Part shown: piece after piece, positions 1 to 13,400 of the stretch
How the letters are laid out: the number at the start of each line of letters is the position of its first letter
How positions within the stretch are numbered: position 1 is the first letter of the stretch
DNA from: Spirogloea muscicola
Taxonomy: Eukaryota
Direction: 5' to 3'
NCBI GenBank assembly: GCA_009602725.1
Contig: WELB01000009.1
Location: 94,374-158,373, forward strand
Length of the DNA stretch: 64,000 nucleotides
Translations under genes and position numbers: made by a program
Notes under the pieces: generated by a model
What the model saw: only the letters and a program-made list of their open reading frames with translations
Database searches by the model: none
Told to the model about the DNA's origin: nothing

Positions 1-534
1 GGAGGTGCACGGCGTTGGTTGTGGGTGGGGCTCGAAGCCCGTGAGTAGAGCAGCATGAGAAGCAGTGGGAGAGGATACTGGGGGAGGGGGTCCTGTGCCC
101 CTCTCCATGTTGTCCTCCTCCATGGCAATCTCGGATGATGTTGGGGCCGTGGTTGGGACAGCCGTCTCGTCCATCCCTGGGCCTGGTGGGGCCTGGGATG
201 AGCGCGTAGCGCAGCAGCTCCTGGAGCTCCGGTGCACTGCTCTCGCAATGGCCGCCAGTGCGGTTGCCTCCCCGGCACAAGTGAGCCGAGGGTTTGATCG
301 CAGCCGGCCGCGCCAGCTTGTGGGCTGGGCAGCCGGACCCATGTCCCCCGCACGAGGCTGTGCAAGCTGCCTAGGTGCCGTATCCTCCCTCGCCACCGCC
401 GTGGCCGCCGCGGCGCACGGCGTGGCATGAGGGACCCCGCCAGCTGGGGGCCGCGCTGCGGGCGGCACTGTGCGCGGCGAGCTCCGAGGAGCGCGCCGCG
501 CAGGTGCGCGCCGTGCCTTGGCAGGCGGCGGCAT
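1..534 (-). CDS. Putative 5' end of an unknown low-complexity protein gene running off the left edge
   Basis: ATG at 534 opens a stop-free frame (MPPPAKARRAPARRAPRSSP...PQPTPCTS) to position 1. It lies in a GC-rich island like those at other gene starts here, with an MSA-like ATCCAACGGC on the minus strand at ~631-640. No recognisable domain. Confidence 0.35.
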   Translation of the reverse strand, partial: MPPPAKARRAPARRAPRSSPRTVPPAARPPAGGVPHATPCAAAATAVAREDTAPRQLAQPRAGDMGPAAQPTSWRGRLRSNPRLTCAGEATALAAIARAVHRSSRSCCATRSSQAPPGPGMDETAVPTTAPTSSEIAMEEDNMERGTGPPPPVSSPTASHAALLTGFEPHPQPTPCTS

Positions 535-1617
535 GCGCGCCCGGCGGCGCTCAGGCGCTCGAGCGCCCCGGGGGGTTGGCAAGGCGCCGCAGCGCCCGGG
601 GGGGCGGCGGCGCCGGCGGCGAGCTAGGGAGCCGTTGGATCGGTCAAATGAGGAGGAGCTAAAGCCCAGAACCCTCCTCCCGTCGCTGTCGCTCGTTAGC
701 CCTCGTCTCCTGAACGTCAGCAGCCGCAGTCTTTCATGCTCCAGTGCAGCTGGCCATCCCACTTGGCGCGCCTGCTGTGCCTGTCGCTTCCTTGGGGCCT
801 GTCGTGCCACAGGGCGTCGATTGCCACAGAGCGTCGAGAAGTCAGATTAGTACGGAAGCAGGCAAGAAATCAGTCTGGCGTGGTGGGCACTCAATAATTG
901 AGGTGGAAATAGGTCCGCGAGGAATTTAGGAGCTACTTGGATATCGAATGAAAAAAACACAACAGAAAATAACAGAATAGGAGTAACCAACAGATGACAT
1001 GGTTGGCAATAGAGAACTTGGAATGGAAATGATCAATTACTTAAAATGGGATCGAATGGACAAGTCACAAGCAAAGCGCGTGAATAAGAGGCAAGAACAA
1101 GCCAAGTACCCTCAAAGAGAGTTTCTTTCGTGAACAGGATCAGGAAACAGTACCCTCAGAGAGGGTTTCCTTTGTGAACAGTAACGGATCGATATTCGGA
1201 ACAGTAACCACGAATCAATGTAGTGGCAGTGACAGCGAACGTTTTGGGCACTAACCCAGGTAACCGAACCGAGCCGGGAAATGTCCAAAGGACAAACTCC
1301 CACGAAACACAGTGACAATGGAGAGATCGGAATGGAGGAAGCTCTCAATGCAGTTGATGCTATGGAGCAGAATGAGAGTCGCTTGCGTGTGTTCAGCAAG
1401 GCTCTCTGATGGTCCAAGGTTATGCTTGGACTTTGGGTAGGATCGCACAAGGTCGCGATTGTCGCGGCTTACCAAGTGCGCCCCCGGTCTGACGCGACCG
1501 GATGCGGGGCTCGTCGGAGTGAGGCTCTTTGCAGGTCTGTGCTTGTGCCTGTGCCCACGCCTTCGTGGCGTGGCCCTGGGCGCGCGCGCTACGCTTACTG
1601 TGCAGTGGCAGCAGCAG

Positions 1618-1815
1618 ACCCACTTCCAGGACCCTAGCCTCTCTGATTTGCGGCTGCTTAGCAGGGGTTACTGAGTGATTTGTAGCTGCTTTCTTTCTTT
1701 GTGTGCTTTGGTTTCTTAGCGCTTCCTCTGGCTTCCCCTGGCCCCCTTCTCGTTCTTTGTTCATTCTTTTTTGGGCTGGCTTGTCCAGCCCCTATCCTCA
1801 ATGGGCGAGCCCTTT
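1618..1815 (+). mobile_element. 5'-truncated 3' end of an RLE-type (CRE-like) non-LTR retrotransposon
   Basis: Encodes the family ORF tail HFQDPSLSDLRLLSRGY* followed by the shared 3' UTR with the GGGCTGG..CCAGCCC hairpin. Flanked by an identical 58-bp direct repeat (1560-1617 and 1816-1873). Confidence 0.7.
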
Positions 1816-3398
1816 CCTTCGTGGCGTGGCCCTGGGCGCGCGCGCTACGCTTACTGTGCAGTGGCAGCAGCAGCGGCGGCGGCAGCGGCAGCGGCGGCGG
1901 CAAAGGTTGGCAGCAGCCAAAGGAAGAGTCTAGGCCGAGCGAGTTGCTCGGCCCCCGGCCCTCCACACCCTTTATGCTTGGTCAGATAAAGAATGACATT
2001 GTTTGTTGGGGTGGGCCATTTGGCCCATTTGGGTTCCCCAGCCTCAAGGCTAGTGTAGCCTGAGACTCGCTTCCACCACTACCTACCATTACCCTACCAC
2101 TGCCCTACTGGTCCCTCACGGCTTATCGAGGCATATCACACCTTCGACGTGCTTTCGTGAGCTTTCTTGGCTTAAATAAATCAGCAGGGCTTTGTGTGGC
2201 GAAGGTGGCAAGATGATGCTCCGACGCCGACCAAATCGAAACGTATCTTTTCTGACCGAAGCGGGTTGGAGATGCCGCGCTCGCGACCCACCTTCACACC
2301 AAATTGAGAGATGACTCACCCTCGAATATCGACGTGAGCAGCCACCTCCGCATCCTTGTCAACACCGACACCAATGAGCCACCGACGGGATATCGCACGA
2401 CAGGCCAGCCTCTCACGAAGGCAAGATCGAGCACCCAGTGGCCACTTGAGTCGCTGTGCGCTTCAGCAGCTTCTCAATAGAGGACAGCGCTTTTCAACAG
2501 CCATCGACCTGTACTGGAAGAGTCTCTCTCTCACACGCCTTCCTCACGCCTTGCATCTGCGAGCTGGCCGTGCTCTAGCTGCGCCTCTGGCTATCATCAT
2601 GGGGACTGCTTCCTTTCTTCTTTCCGGCCAGCTGGTCTGACTTGCAGCTGCTTATTAAGTGACCATCATTCTTGGTACTTGATTGTTGTGTGTTCCAGCA
2701 CTTTCCGGCGTATTTCCGGGAGCTAGTATTCACTGAGCTCCAACATGCCACTAGTGGCTATGCTTATCTAGCTCCCACTTGTGTTCATCATTCAAGTTTC
2801 ATCGTGTTGCGCTATTTCCACCCCCTCAAAGATTAAATCCATTGAATTTTGGGTTCGCCTCTCACTTTCCATCGTCCTTTTTGAAGAGCTTCTGCTTCTC
2901 TTCTTAAGGAGAGGCAGTGATGAGGCTTCCCCCTTAGACCTCGTACTCCCGGGTGGGCTGTCACAGCAGCCGCCTGCTCCTTGGAGCAGCCTTTACTGAC
3001 CGGCCAGAGTGCCCCAGCGGCTGCACTACTACAGCTAATTAGTCAATGCCTACGAAGCAGCTCTTCCATGGGGGGCGATGGATTTGAAAGGCGCAGCAGC
3101 AAGCTCTGCTGCAGCCCTGCACAGGGGGCTGCTAGCGGCTACTGCGTGCCCCTGCCAGAGCCACCTGACCAGGCAGGTGAAAACCTGACAACAGTTCGTA
3201 GCAGAAGCAACAAGCATGTCTTGCATGCTTTGCTGCCTGCCTGCTGCAGGAGCCGCATCGTGCACGCAATTGCAGGCGACTTAGCTCAGCCCCCTGACAA
3301 GCGGCGCACTCTCCAAGTCAAGGATACTGCAAGCACAATCATTCGTGCCACTTGAGGAATCCTTAAGAGGCCACAGCTTCATTGGACAGTGAGCTGGA

Positions 3399-6080
3399 TC
3401 AGCCTAAGACCCCTTGTACAACAGCAAGCGTGTGCCACCAGCCGCACGCGATTGCTTGCACAGTTTCCCCGCTGCGCAGCGGCATGAATACTTCGGTGGG
3501 GCGATCACAATCGTTTGTCGAGCCAGTACCCAACTGCAGGTGTGAAGATGGAACCTGTGCGTCAAGCCGTGAAGGTTCTACAGAGCACCAAGCTGCACAA
3601 CTTTGACCATGTGCTCTGTCAATGAGATTGGCATCGTACCTGTCCATATTTGTTCCATCCCCAGCAATACACGCGTCTAGTATCTGCAGCGAAACAACAA
3701 ATGAAAGCAGGCCATGAACAAGTTGCTGTCTGCATACGAGGGCTCAGACTCGAGTAGCAGACAAGTCCCAGCATGTCTGCAAGCTCTGCAGAGATTGTGC
3801 AATCAACACATCCATGGAAAGTGCACTAGACCTGTGAGAGCTGCTGTGTGTCGAGCGCCGCAGTGTATGCTACGCACTCCATCATCGCCGGCAGGGGGGC
3901 GGTGTCTCACCTCCTTGGGCAAGACCTGCTCCTCGCAATTATACAACAGATTGTATAGCAGCCAGCTGCCAAGACAGTAGATCAGCTGCTTACTTTGCTC
4001 TCTGGTTGCTGCAGAAAATTGGCACCACTGCCAATCATGATAGGCTGAGGTGCCGATTTCGGGTTGCTTGACGTAGCCGCCCCCAGCGCATAGTGCCAGA
4101 TGTCAACTGTGCCGCATGATCACACACCTCCGCAAGGTCACCACCAGTGCCCAGCTGGCCAAATTGATTGCCGCCCCAGGCATACGCCTCGCCAGCCTCT
4201 GTGCAACAGGTGGTGTGCCAGAGCCCAGCAGCGACAGCCGTCACTCTCACGCCGCCAAGAGCCGTCACCTGTCGAGGCCGTGGTTCGTCTTCCAGGGTGC
4301 CGTGTCCACACTGCGGCCAAGTTGTAGGGGCACAGCCGCTGTCAGCGGTGTCACTTGGATTGCACCAGATATTCCGGACAACTCTGCGCAAGAAGACACA
4401 ATTTGCAAAGGGATCGTCCACCCACGCCATGAGCACCAACATGATTTCTCATAAGGCGCGACAGATGTCGGTATGAGCATGCGCTCCTCCTGCCTTTTAC
4501 CTGCCCATACAGTCCCCAGCCAAAGGTTACTACTTCGCCTTCCTCTGCGCTGCGCAGGCAGACAGTGGTGGCAGTCAAGTGAAAGTCTGCTCCGGCTTGC
4601 AGCTACTGAGCAAGCCCCGCAACGCATGCCAGTGACAGGGCCGGCGATTCTGTTGTGAACACTCACCAGTCAGTGCAACGCTGTGGCGACTGCCGCAGGC
4701 CACTGCCGACAGGCGGGCTGCGTGCCTAACACCCAGCTGGCACGAGATCAGCTGTGGATCACGAAAGGTCGCAGCATCCGGCCCAAGGCCCAGCTGGCCT
4801 TGGGCATTAGTCCCCCAGCCAAACAGGTCGCCACCGTCTGCTCAGTGACACAATATTGCCGCGAGTTGGTCCACAGCAGACACACGTTTTCGTACACCGA
4901 TCGGAATCCCAACTCAACAGCATCATAAGCAGTATCATCATAATCATGTCCATCTGCACTCACGTTGGCCGATCCCTCGGATTATCACAAGCAGGCAAGC
5001 TGCTGCAACAACTCACATGCTGCTAAGAGAAGGACATCATAATCTCATCATATGATTGCCATGGGCAGTGCGTGAACCTGTGACAGCAAGAGCGTGGCGC
5101 TCCCCAGCAGCAATGGTCGTCAGCCTGAGCGCCCATGGGAAAGAAACGTGCCTCACGGTGTGCCCTCGGCTCGGATGACCAGCACTGTTTGACTTTGCAC
5201 CCCCTGGCTCATTGTTGTCACCATCCTCGCAGCCGAGGAATGGGCCACTCCAGCCCCAGGCGAAGACATCGCCTGACTCTACAGCATCCCGAGGTCGTAG
5301 AGCACCTCAGATAGCGGAGTCGAAGGGTGGCGGAACCACCTAGCCGTCAGCGGCCAAGTTGCGCTGAACGCTGAGCATGCTCAGGCCTATCAAGCAAGGC
5401 GACCTTACAGCCGGCCGGAGCCCAAGTGGGGCTGTCAAGGTGTCCCCTCTCTGAGGCTCGCAGAAGGGCGCACCTGTGACCGCGAAGCAGTGCGCTGGTG
5501 CAGCTGCCGCTGACACAACGGCAGTGGCGCAGCCAAGCTCGACGGGCACTGGTGGCCGCTCCTGCAGCAGGCCGTTTTGTGTGAGATGAGAGGGGGCAGA
5601 GTTGCCTGCCAAGGACGCCGAAGCGCGGGATTTGCCGGCATGCCGTGGTAGCACGCTGGCCGGCGCTAGCTCAAGTCGTCCTCAGCTCAGGGGCTCAATT
5701 TTCAGCTCGCGAAATGGGTTGCGGAGCTACGGTGTGGACCTGCGTCGGCGAGTGCAGGCGGCCGAGCTGGCCGTGGTCGTTGGCGAGCCCCCAGGCGAGG
5801 AGCTGGCCAGATCCTGCAGCGCCTCCAACGCGACAACGGCAAAGGTGGCCTTAATGGTGGCGCCTTCACGCTGGCTGCAGCAGCGCCGGAGAAGGCGCGA
5901 GGGCGTGCCAATGCGAGGCTGACCGGCGATGGCGAGCGCGAAGCCGCTGCCGCCGGCGCACGGCTGCGCCCAGCCGCCGCCCGGCGGCGCTGCCACCTCC
6001 ACCGGCTCCGCAGCGCCGGGTCCGGCGCCGCCGAAGAAGCCCCAGGCCAGGAGGCGCCCGCCGCCGCCGCCGCCGCCCAT
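3399..6080 (-). CDS. RCC1-repeat protein, TCF1-like, multi-exon
   Basis: Exons read MGGG..RLLAWGFFGG..WAQPCAGGSGFALAIA, GELLAWGLANDHGQLG, LTTIAAGERHALAVT, GEVVTFGWGLYGQ|CGHG, VAAGLWHTTCCTEAGEAYAWGGNQFGQLGTG, QLGTGSTND..IACGWWHTLAVVQGVLG*. N- and C-terminal motifs resemble Arabidopsis TCF1-type RCC1 proteins. Confidence 0.85.
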
Positions 6081-6567
6081 GGCGCAGACGAGGTAGCGAG
6101 AGAAGGGCCACTGAAGCCGACGGCTGCCAACGTAAGCCAACACGTTGTCCAGGCAAGAAGGGAGAAGAACGAACGAGCTGCCCCTTCCCAGCGTCGCGGA
6201 CCAGACGGTCGAGGACCCACTTGGAGGAGCCACCCCAGCAACACCGCTCCTTCCCAAGGCCGCCCCTCCCCCCGGCACCACCTCGTGGCCAAGCCGCCAT
6301 AGCCCCCCCCCCGATCGCCGCCAAGGCCCGCGCCGCCGAGCTCGCTGCGTGCGCGCGGCGCGCGATCTCCCCGCCGCGCCGTTGCGCAGCCGCCCGAAGC
6401 GCGGCTCCTCGGCGACCAGGGGCTGCCGTCCCATCAGGAACCTCTTGGGGCTTGCCCGCGGACCCCCCGCCTGACCGACAGCAGGCCACGGCGTTCTGGT
6501 GCGGCGGCGAGCCCGCGGGCCGTCCTGGCCGTGCACGGGGGGCCGCTGCGAGGCGCGGCCGCCGCCC

Positions 6568-9337
6568 ATGGGCATGGACCTGGACGGCTGGATCGAGAAG
6601 GTGCGGCGCTGCAAGTACCTGCTGGAGGACGAGCTCAAGCAGCTCTGCGAATACGTGAGACCCCGCCGAAGTCCCCGTCACGTCCCGCAGTTCCCATGCT
6701 CCTCACCCGCGCGGCGCTTCTACTGCACTCCTTCGACGCCAGCTCGCTCGAGAACGACATGCAAGGCGATGTATCGCACTTTGATGGACATGGGCAGCGT
6801 AGTATGGATCAAGAGCTGTTTAGCACACAACTTGAAGGCGACCGAGTCGAGAGCGAGCGCGTGCGAAGCCTCGGGACAGGCTTGCAGAAGCCGCTGAGAG
6901 AGGCGTCAACTGCGGCGGCTGCTGCCAGCATCTCATTCGTGTTGCACGGTGGCAAGGGGCAAGCAGGTCAAGGATATCTTGGTGGAGGAGTCCAATGTGC
7001 AGCCGGTCAATAGTCCCGTCACGGTCTGCGGCGACATCCATGGCCAGTTCCACGACCTCATGAAGCTCTTCCAGACTGGTGGCCAGGTTCCAGACACCAA
7101 CTACATTTTCATGGTCAGCCATGGCCCTTGTCTTCCCAACCCTGCTAGAACGCTTGCCCATTTCATGGAGCTTATGACCTTCACTGATTTCTACTGCAGC
7201 TCCAGGCTCAAGGCTCTGAGTCTGTCAAGGATGTAGGGCTCAACGTTCTAAATAGGGGTACAGGTTTGGGGTTTATGGCTACATAGGTTTCATGTGGTGC
7301 CTCGTACATCGTGTGTTGGCACAGCTGCCAAGGGAAGAACAATGGTTGGACTTCTGACAATGGCCCTGGCAACCTGACTGGCACCTTGGACGTGCCTGAT
7401 GAGATGGCAGGGAGACTTTGTAGATCGTGGTTACAACAGTTTGGAGGTCTTCAGTATCCTTCTGCTTCTGAAAGCAAGGTGAGTCGCAGACCTGACAGTA
7501 CTGGCTTGGGCCGCAATCTTTTCGACCAGGTCTTGCAATCTCTTGAATAAGTCAGGCCAGCAAACAAGTCAAGCATCTCTCTCGAGTACTGCTTCTTTGA
7601 CGCACTCTGTCGACCAGGTCAGAATCATGAAGGCCAAGTTCACAAGTTTGCAAAGCTTGGGGAACTCAATGGGAAATGCACGTGCTTTTGCAGATATCCT
7701 GCTCATATGACGTTGCTGAGAGGCAATCACGAGAGCAGACAGATCACACAGGTCAGTCGCCTTCCATAGGAAGGCTAGAAAGGGTTCTTGGAACACTATG
7801 CTCGTTGGGTGGTCTTGACTGCTAGCCTCACATGTCACTGTTATGTCTATCTTCGCCAGGTTTATGGCTTTTATGACGAGTGCCAAAGGAAGTACGGCAA
7901 CGCAAATGCTTGGAGATACTGCACTGATGTCTTTGACTACCTCACAGTGTCGGCCCTAATAGATGGTCGGGTAAGTGGCTCTTTACTTGCTACCAACTGC
8001 AACTTTTGTGCTTATTGAAGGCGTGCTTGCTCAGCTAATGGTGGCTTGTATGGTCTATTTCATTTGCAGGTACTGTGTGTACATGGAGGCCTATCTCCAG
8101 ATCTTCGAACTTTAGATCAGGTACTTAAAGTGGCCGATATGTAAGTCAGGAAGACCAAAATCAATAGTTGGCTCTCCTGCTGCTGAATTTGTGCGCGTAG
8201 TGATCATTGCATCCACTTTACTTTTGTCGTTCGCTATTTCCTCTCTCTCTGACATGCTGTCATGCGTACATCGTACAGGCTTGCCTTTGTTGTGTTGGTA
8301 CTCTAGAGCTTGATATGTCTTCTACACATTTGTCTCTGTGCAGATCAGGGTTATTGAACGACAATGCGAGATTCCTCACGAGGGGCCCTTCTGTGGTATG
8401 TCCTTCTTTCTGGTTCCTGGTTGGCTTTTCAAACGTGTTCAGCAAGTTGGCCTCAAGGCTAGTTTGACTCCAGAAGCTGTGTGGTGATGGTGAAGCTCAC
8501 TGTATGGACATGAGGCATGCTGCAGACTTGATGTGGAGTGACCCAGAGGACATAGAAACGTGGGGTGTAAGCCCTCGAGGGGCTGGCTGGTTGTTTGGGG
8601 CTCGTGTCACGACCGAGGTGAGCGTACGTCAGGGACTTGCTCGGCTTGTTACAATTATCTGCATACCGTATGCTACTTGCAGAACGCCAGCTCATTTGTG
8701 TGCTGAATGGCTTGACTTGGCAGTTCAATCATGTCAACGGCTTGGAGCTAGTGTGCCGTGCTCACCAACTTGTGCAGGAGGGGTTGAAGTACATGTTCCC
8801 GGACCAGTCTTTAGTGACAGTACGCCCTTCTTGCGAAGCTGCACACTGCAGATGCGCGGTTTTTACTTAAATCAAGTCAGAGGGATCTGAAAAGGGAAAG
8901 CTTAGCTCCAGTTGCTGCTGTGAAATTGTAAAGCATCTTTGCAATTCAATTACAGACTGCGCCCCTGATACTTCATGGTTCATGTGGAAATTGGCAGGTA
9001 TGGTCGGCCCCTAACTACTGCTATCGATGTGGGAATGTGGCTTCTATCCTAAGCTTCAATGATCAGATGGTAAGAATATGCGGGGGTGTGGGGGAACACT
9101 TTGAAACAGTGAGAAGATGCTTGACTATGACAATACATTGCAGAGCTTCTGGCTGTTGTGCCCACATCCTTGCTGCGGCTCTTTGTCTAAGAAGCACGGC
9201 ATTTGCACATGAAACTCCTGTGAACAGCCCCGTACTGCTTGTCTGCATTCCAGGAGAGAGATGTCAAATACTTCCGGGAGACTGAGGAGAACACAACGAT
9301 GATGGCCCCTCGTGCAGCTGTCCCTTACTTCTTGTAG
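6568..9337 (+). CDS. FYPP: Serine/threonine protein phosphatase 6 catalytic subunit (FyPP type), 11 exons
   Basis: [85 protein letters not shown] and C-terminal VPYFL* (TAG 9335-9337), all joined by GT-AG introns. Confidence 0.96.
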
Positions 9338-10492
9338 CCCTTCAGTGCGACGCGTTGTCATTGCAGCGCGTCTAACGCATGTATTATACAGCTGCTAGCT
9401 CGAGCAGGCTTCCTTGGCCAGTGTACATGGTACCTTGAGCAAGAAACGTGTCTTCCATTGGCATCACAGCTGGGGTACAGATGATCGGATTATTTGGCGC
9501 TGGCATCAACTTATACAGCAAATCGATTAGGTTAATCTGAATTACTGGCTCAGGACGGAGCGTTATTGATAGAGCAACCAGATGTTGGGGTCGGTTGGTC
9601 GTGGGAGGGATAAGGACATAGGATTGGCTATTAGTTTGCTGCTCCGTCGTCAATTAGAAGCAGAGTTGCATGAGGAGTCGGGCTGGCCCCCAGGACAGGC
9701 TGATCCAGACGCTGCTCGCTTGGCTGACTGGTCAGCATAAGCTGGGACGGGAACTGGCGGTGTAGCCCTGACCTCGATTGACCAATATACCTAGGTATAC
9801 CTTGCACCCCCAGCCGAGGGTGTCAGCCTGCCTGAGGGTAGCCTTGCAGCCACTGGGCTGTCCAAGCAACGGCTCTGTGAAATCTCCCTAAAATTTGTCT
9901 GGTCACTTTGGTGCTGGCATTTCACAGCATTTCACAGCCCTATAGCCATAACCTACTTGCAGAGGATAAGTTTGGCTGTGAAAGGCCAGCCCAGCAAAGA
10001 AAGGACGAGGTCCGAAGGGTCGGACTCGCTAAACTGCACTGCTGCGCAAGTGGCTGTGCAGTCTGGGTGCTTAACAGACCTAAGTCAGCAGCAGCAAGTC
10101 ACAATAGCTTGCAGCTGGGCAAGTGTGACCATGGCAAAGCCCAGAAGCAGCAACCAAAGCGCGCCCTGCCCGCGAGTGCGCTGCAAAAGAAGAAGCAGCT
10201 CTTTGAGTGTAAGGCAATGGCTGAGAGAGGCCAGCCCATGCGAATGTACAGGATCACAAGGGCCGCAAGGCGCAAGCAGCACAAGACTGCTATCCGTGGC
10301 TTCCGCGCGAGGGCGCTCAACATCGCCTCTGGTCGTCAGCGAAGTGTGCCGAGTTTCCCACCGGAGTGGCTGTCACCACCGGTCGAGCCCCAGGCCGTCA
10401 GCGTCAGGGGCGTCAGGGTGGTTTCCCCCGGCCAGGTCAGCGGCGCCCCGTGGCAGGGTGACCCGCACGCCCCCCGCACTCCCACCAGCGCC

Positions 10493-13400
10493 ATGGCGGC
10501 GGCGGCGGCGGCGNGCGGCGCGGCAGCGGCCACCGGGCGGCGCCGCTCCCGCGCGCCGCTCAGCTGGCACAAGCCGTGAGTGGAAACAGAGCTGCAGTCG
10601 CCGCCGCCGCCGCCGCCGCCGCTGCTGCGGCCAGCTCGCCTCCCGGCCGTGAGCTTGACCACCTTGACGGTGTCACCTGCGGCTGGCTGCAGGCCGAGTA
10701 GGCGGCTGCCAAGGCTGCAGAGCGCGCAGCCGGTTGGCGTCCGCCTCAGTCACGGCTCTGGACACGCCTCCGGCGTCGGCGGCAGCGGCCTCCCTGTAAC
10801 AGCGGCGGCGGCGGAGGCGGCGGCGGCGGCGGCGGCCGAAGCTGCCGGGCCTGCGGCCTCCGCGCTGGACATCGTGCTGCCTGCGGAGGATTTCCGGCGG
10901 GCTGCGCTCGTCTCGTCACGAGACCAGGTCGGGCGCTTCAGTGCAGCACGGCCGGTGTGACTCCGCCATCTGACATCTCAGTGGCTCGCTCTCGTAGCAG
11001 CAGGCTGAGCGTCAGCTCGGCTCGTGGCCGCTGCCGCAGTATGAGGCCATGTACCAGCAGTCTGTGGAGGACCCCGACAGCTTCTGGGCGGACATCGCCA
11101 ATAGCTTCCATTGGCACAAGCCCTTTCCAGTCGCCGAGGGCGGCCTTGTCCACTCCGAGAACCTGGACGTGCGCAAGGGCCCCATTCACATTGAGGTGCT
11201 GGCAGCATCATGCCCCGCTTCTTGTGTCGATTGTCAAGCCTGGCCTCACAGTACTGGCGTACTGTTGCAGACTGTCATCAGCTTACTACTTATCAGTCAT
11301 CTGTGTACTGAAAGTCCTGTGCCCCCGGCACTACTCGGCATGCGCCCGCCGGCCAGTGGTTCAAAGGCGGCACGACCAACATCTGCTACAATGCAGTGGA
11401 CCGGCACGTGGCGGAGGGCCGAGGCGATAGGCCTGCGATCCTGTGGGAGGGCAATGAGCCACAGCACAGCTCCCAGCTGACCTTCGGCGAGCTGAAAGCC
11501 CGCGTGTGTCAGGTCTGCTCTTGCGATGCACCGGGCGTCCAAGGCCTCTCTTGTCGATGGTGCAGCTACTTGAAGACTGAGGTTATGACGCCCGCTTGGC
11601 GCAGCTGGCGAACTTCCTGCGAGAGCGAGGGGTGGCACGGGGCGACAGCGTGGCCATCTACATGCCGATGCTGCCCGAGCTGCCCATTGCCATGCTCGCC
11701 TGTGCCCGCATCGGGGCTGTCCACTCGGTGCGCACCCACTCGCCAAGAGGCTGCTGCATTGCCCGGAATAATTGTATCTTGTACACTCTGTTGATGGGGC
11801 TGCTGCAAGCATCGCAGGTGGTCTTTGGGGGCTTCTCTGCAGAGGCCCTGGCCCAGCGCATCCTGGACAGTAGACCGAGTGTGGTTCTGACAGCCAGCGG
11901 CGTCATGCGGGGGACCAAGCTCATCAAGCTCAAGGCCATCGTTGATCAGGCGCTGGAATTGTGCAACACTCAGGCCTTCCGACCAGGTGCAGGGCTGGTT
12001 CGGCCCGGCACCTGACTGGCCCTTGCTCTCTGCGTGCTGCTGAGGTGCTGAGGGCACAGGTTTGTCACGTGCAGAGACCTGCCTGGTGCTGGAGAACGCG
12101 ACTGCGCTGGCCAAGGACCAGACGCCCTTCACGCCTGGCCGCGATGTCTGGTGGCAGGTGATAAGAGTTGCATGTCTTGAGTGATCCTCTAATACTTTTG
12201 TGGCCTTCTCGTCCATCATGCCATCTGTGATGTGCATGTCATGCCTTGAAATTTTGCTGTCGCTGTATTCAACGCAGACCTAGTTCTTCTCAGCAGGAGG
12301 AGGTGAGGACGCAGAGCGAGGCCAGCCCCGTGGAGTGGGTGGACGCTGAGCACCCCCTGTTCCTGCTCTACACTTCTGGCTCGACCGGCAAGCCCAAGGT
12401 GAGCGACCGCAGCAGCAGCTGCTGCTTCCCAGCTATCTTGAACCAACATTTCCCTCAATCTGACAAAACAGATGGTTGCCTTTTGTGTAGGGCGTCGTCC
12501 ACACCACGGGCGGCTACATGGTCTACACGGCCACCACTTTCAAGCACTCCTTTGACTACCGCGAAGGAGATGTCTACTGGTCTTGCCACTCACCTAGATG
12601 GGCTCAGGCTCCCAGTATCCTGAAGGCTATGGTTACATGAGCCAACAGAAGGTTGCTCACTGTGGCAGGTGCACTGCAGACTGTGGCTGGATCACCGGGC
12701 ACAGCTACCTGACATACGGGCCGCTCCTGAATGGTGCATCCGTTGTTGTCTTTGAAGGGGTGAGGCTTGCTCTACTACCCAATGCAATGATATGCAAATG
12801 ATAGTCAGTCCTTCTTGCACCATTGTCATCCGTGCATCTTGGGGTGCTCTGAAGGAGTCCTGATAGGAGAATTGAGCTGACCAGCTTGCTCACTGCAGGT
12901 CCCCAACTACCCGGACGCGGGCCGCTGCTGGCAGGTGGTAGACAAGTACAAGGTGTCCATCTTCTACACTGCTCCCACGGCCATCCGAGCCCTGCAACGC
13001 GATGGGGATCAGGTAATTGAAGTCGAGCTTTGCCTCCTGTCAGCAAGAGTGGCAGTGGCACTCATGCCGCGTGCATGGGCCAGTCTTCATCATACTTGTT
13101 TGTACCTGGTGGTGCAGTATGTGACGCAGCACTCTCGGCAGAGCTTGCGAGTCCTAGGGACGGTGGGAGAGCCCATAAATCCAAGCGCCTGGAGGTGCGG
13201 TGAAACCTTACAATGCCCCTGGACTCAGTGTGCCTGATGTAAGTGCACCGCCGTGTCAGTTGGCGTGTCTTTGCTGTCCTGAGGCCAAAGTTTGTGGCTC
13301 CAAGGCAGGTGGTATTATGATGTGGTCGGCGGGGGCCGCTGCCCGATCTCAGACACATGGTGGCAGACTGAGACTGGTGGCCACATGGTACTTGCAAGCT

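Noticed and set aside
850..1450. AT-richer segment with a ~33-bp imperfect repeat (1105-1137 / 1149-1181)
   Set aside because: No intact ORF or recognisable motif; possibly old transposon debris, but unsupported.
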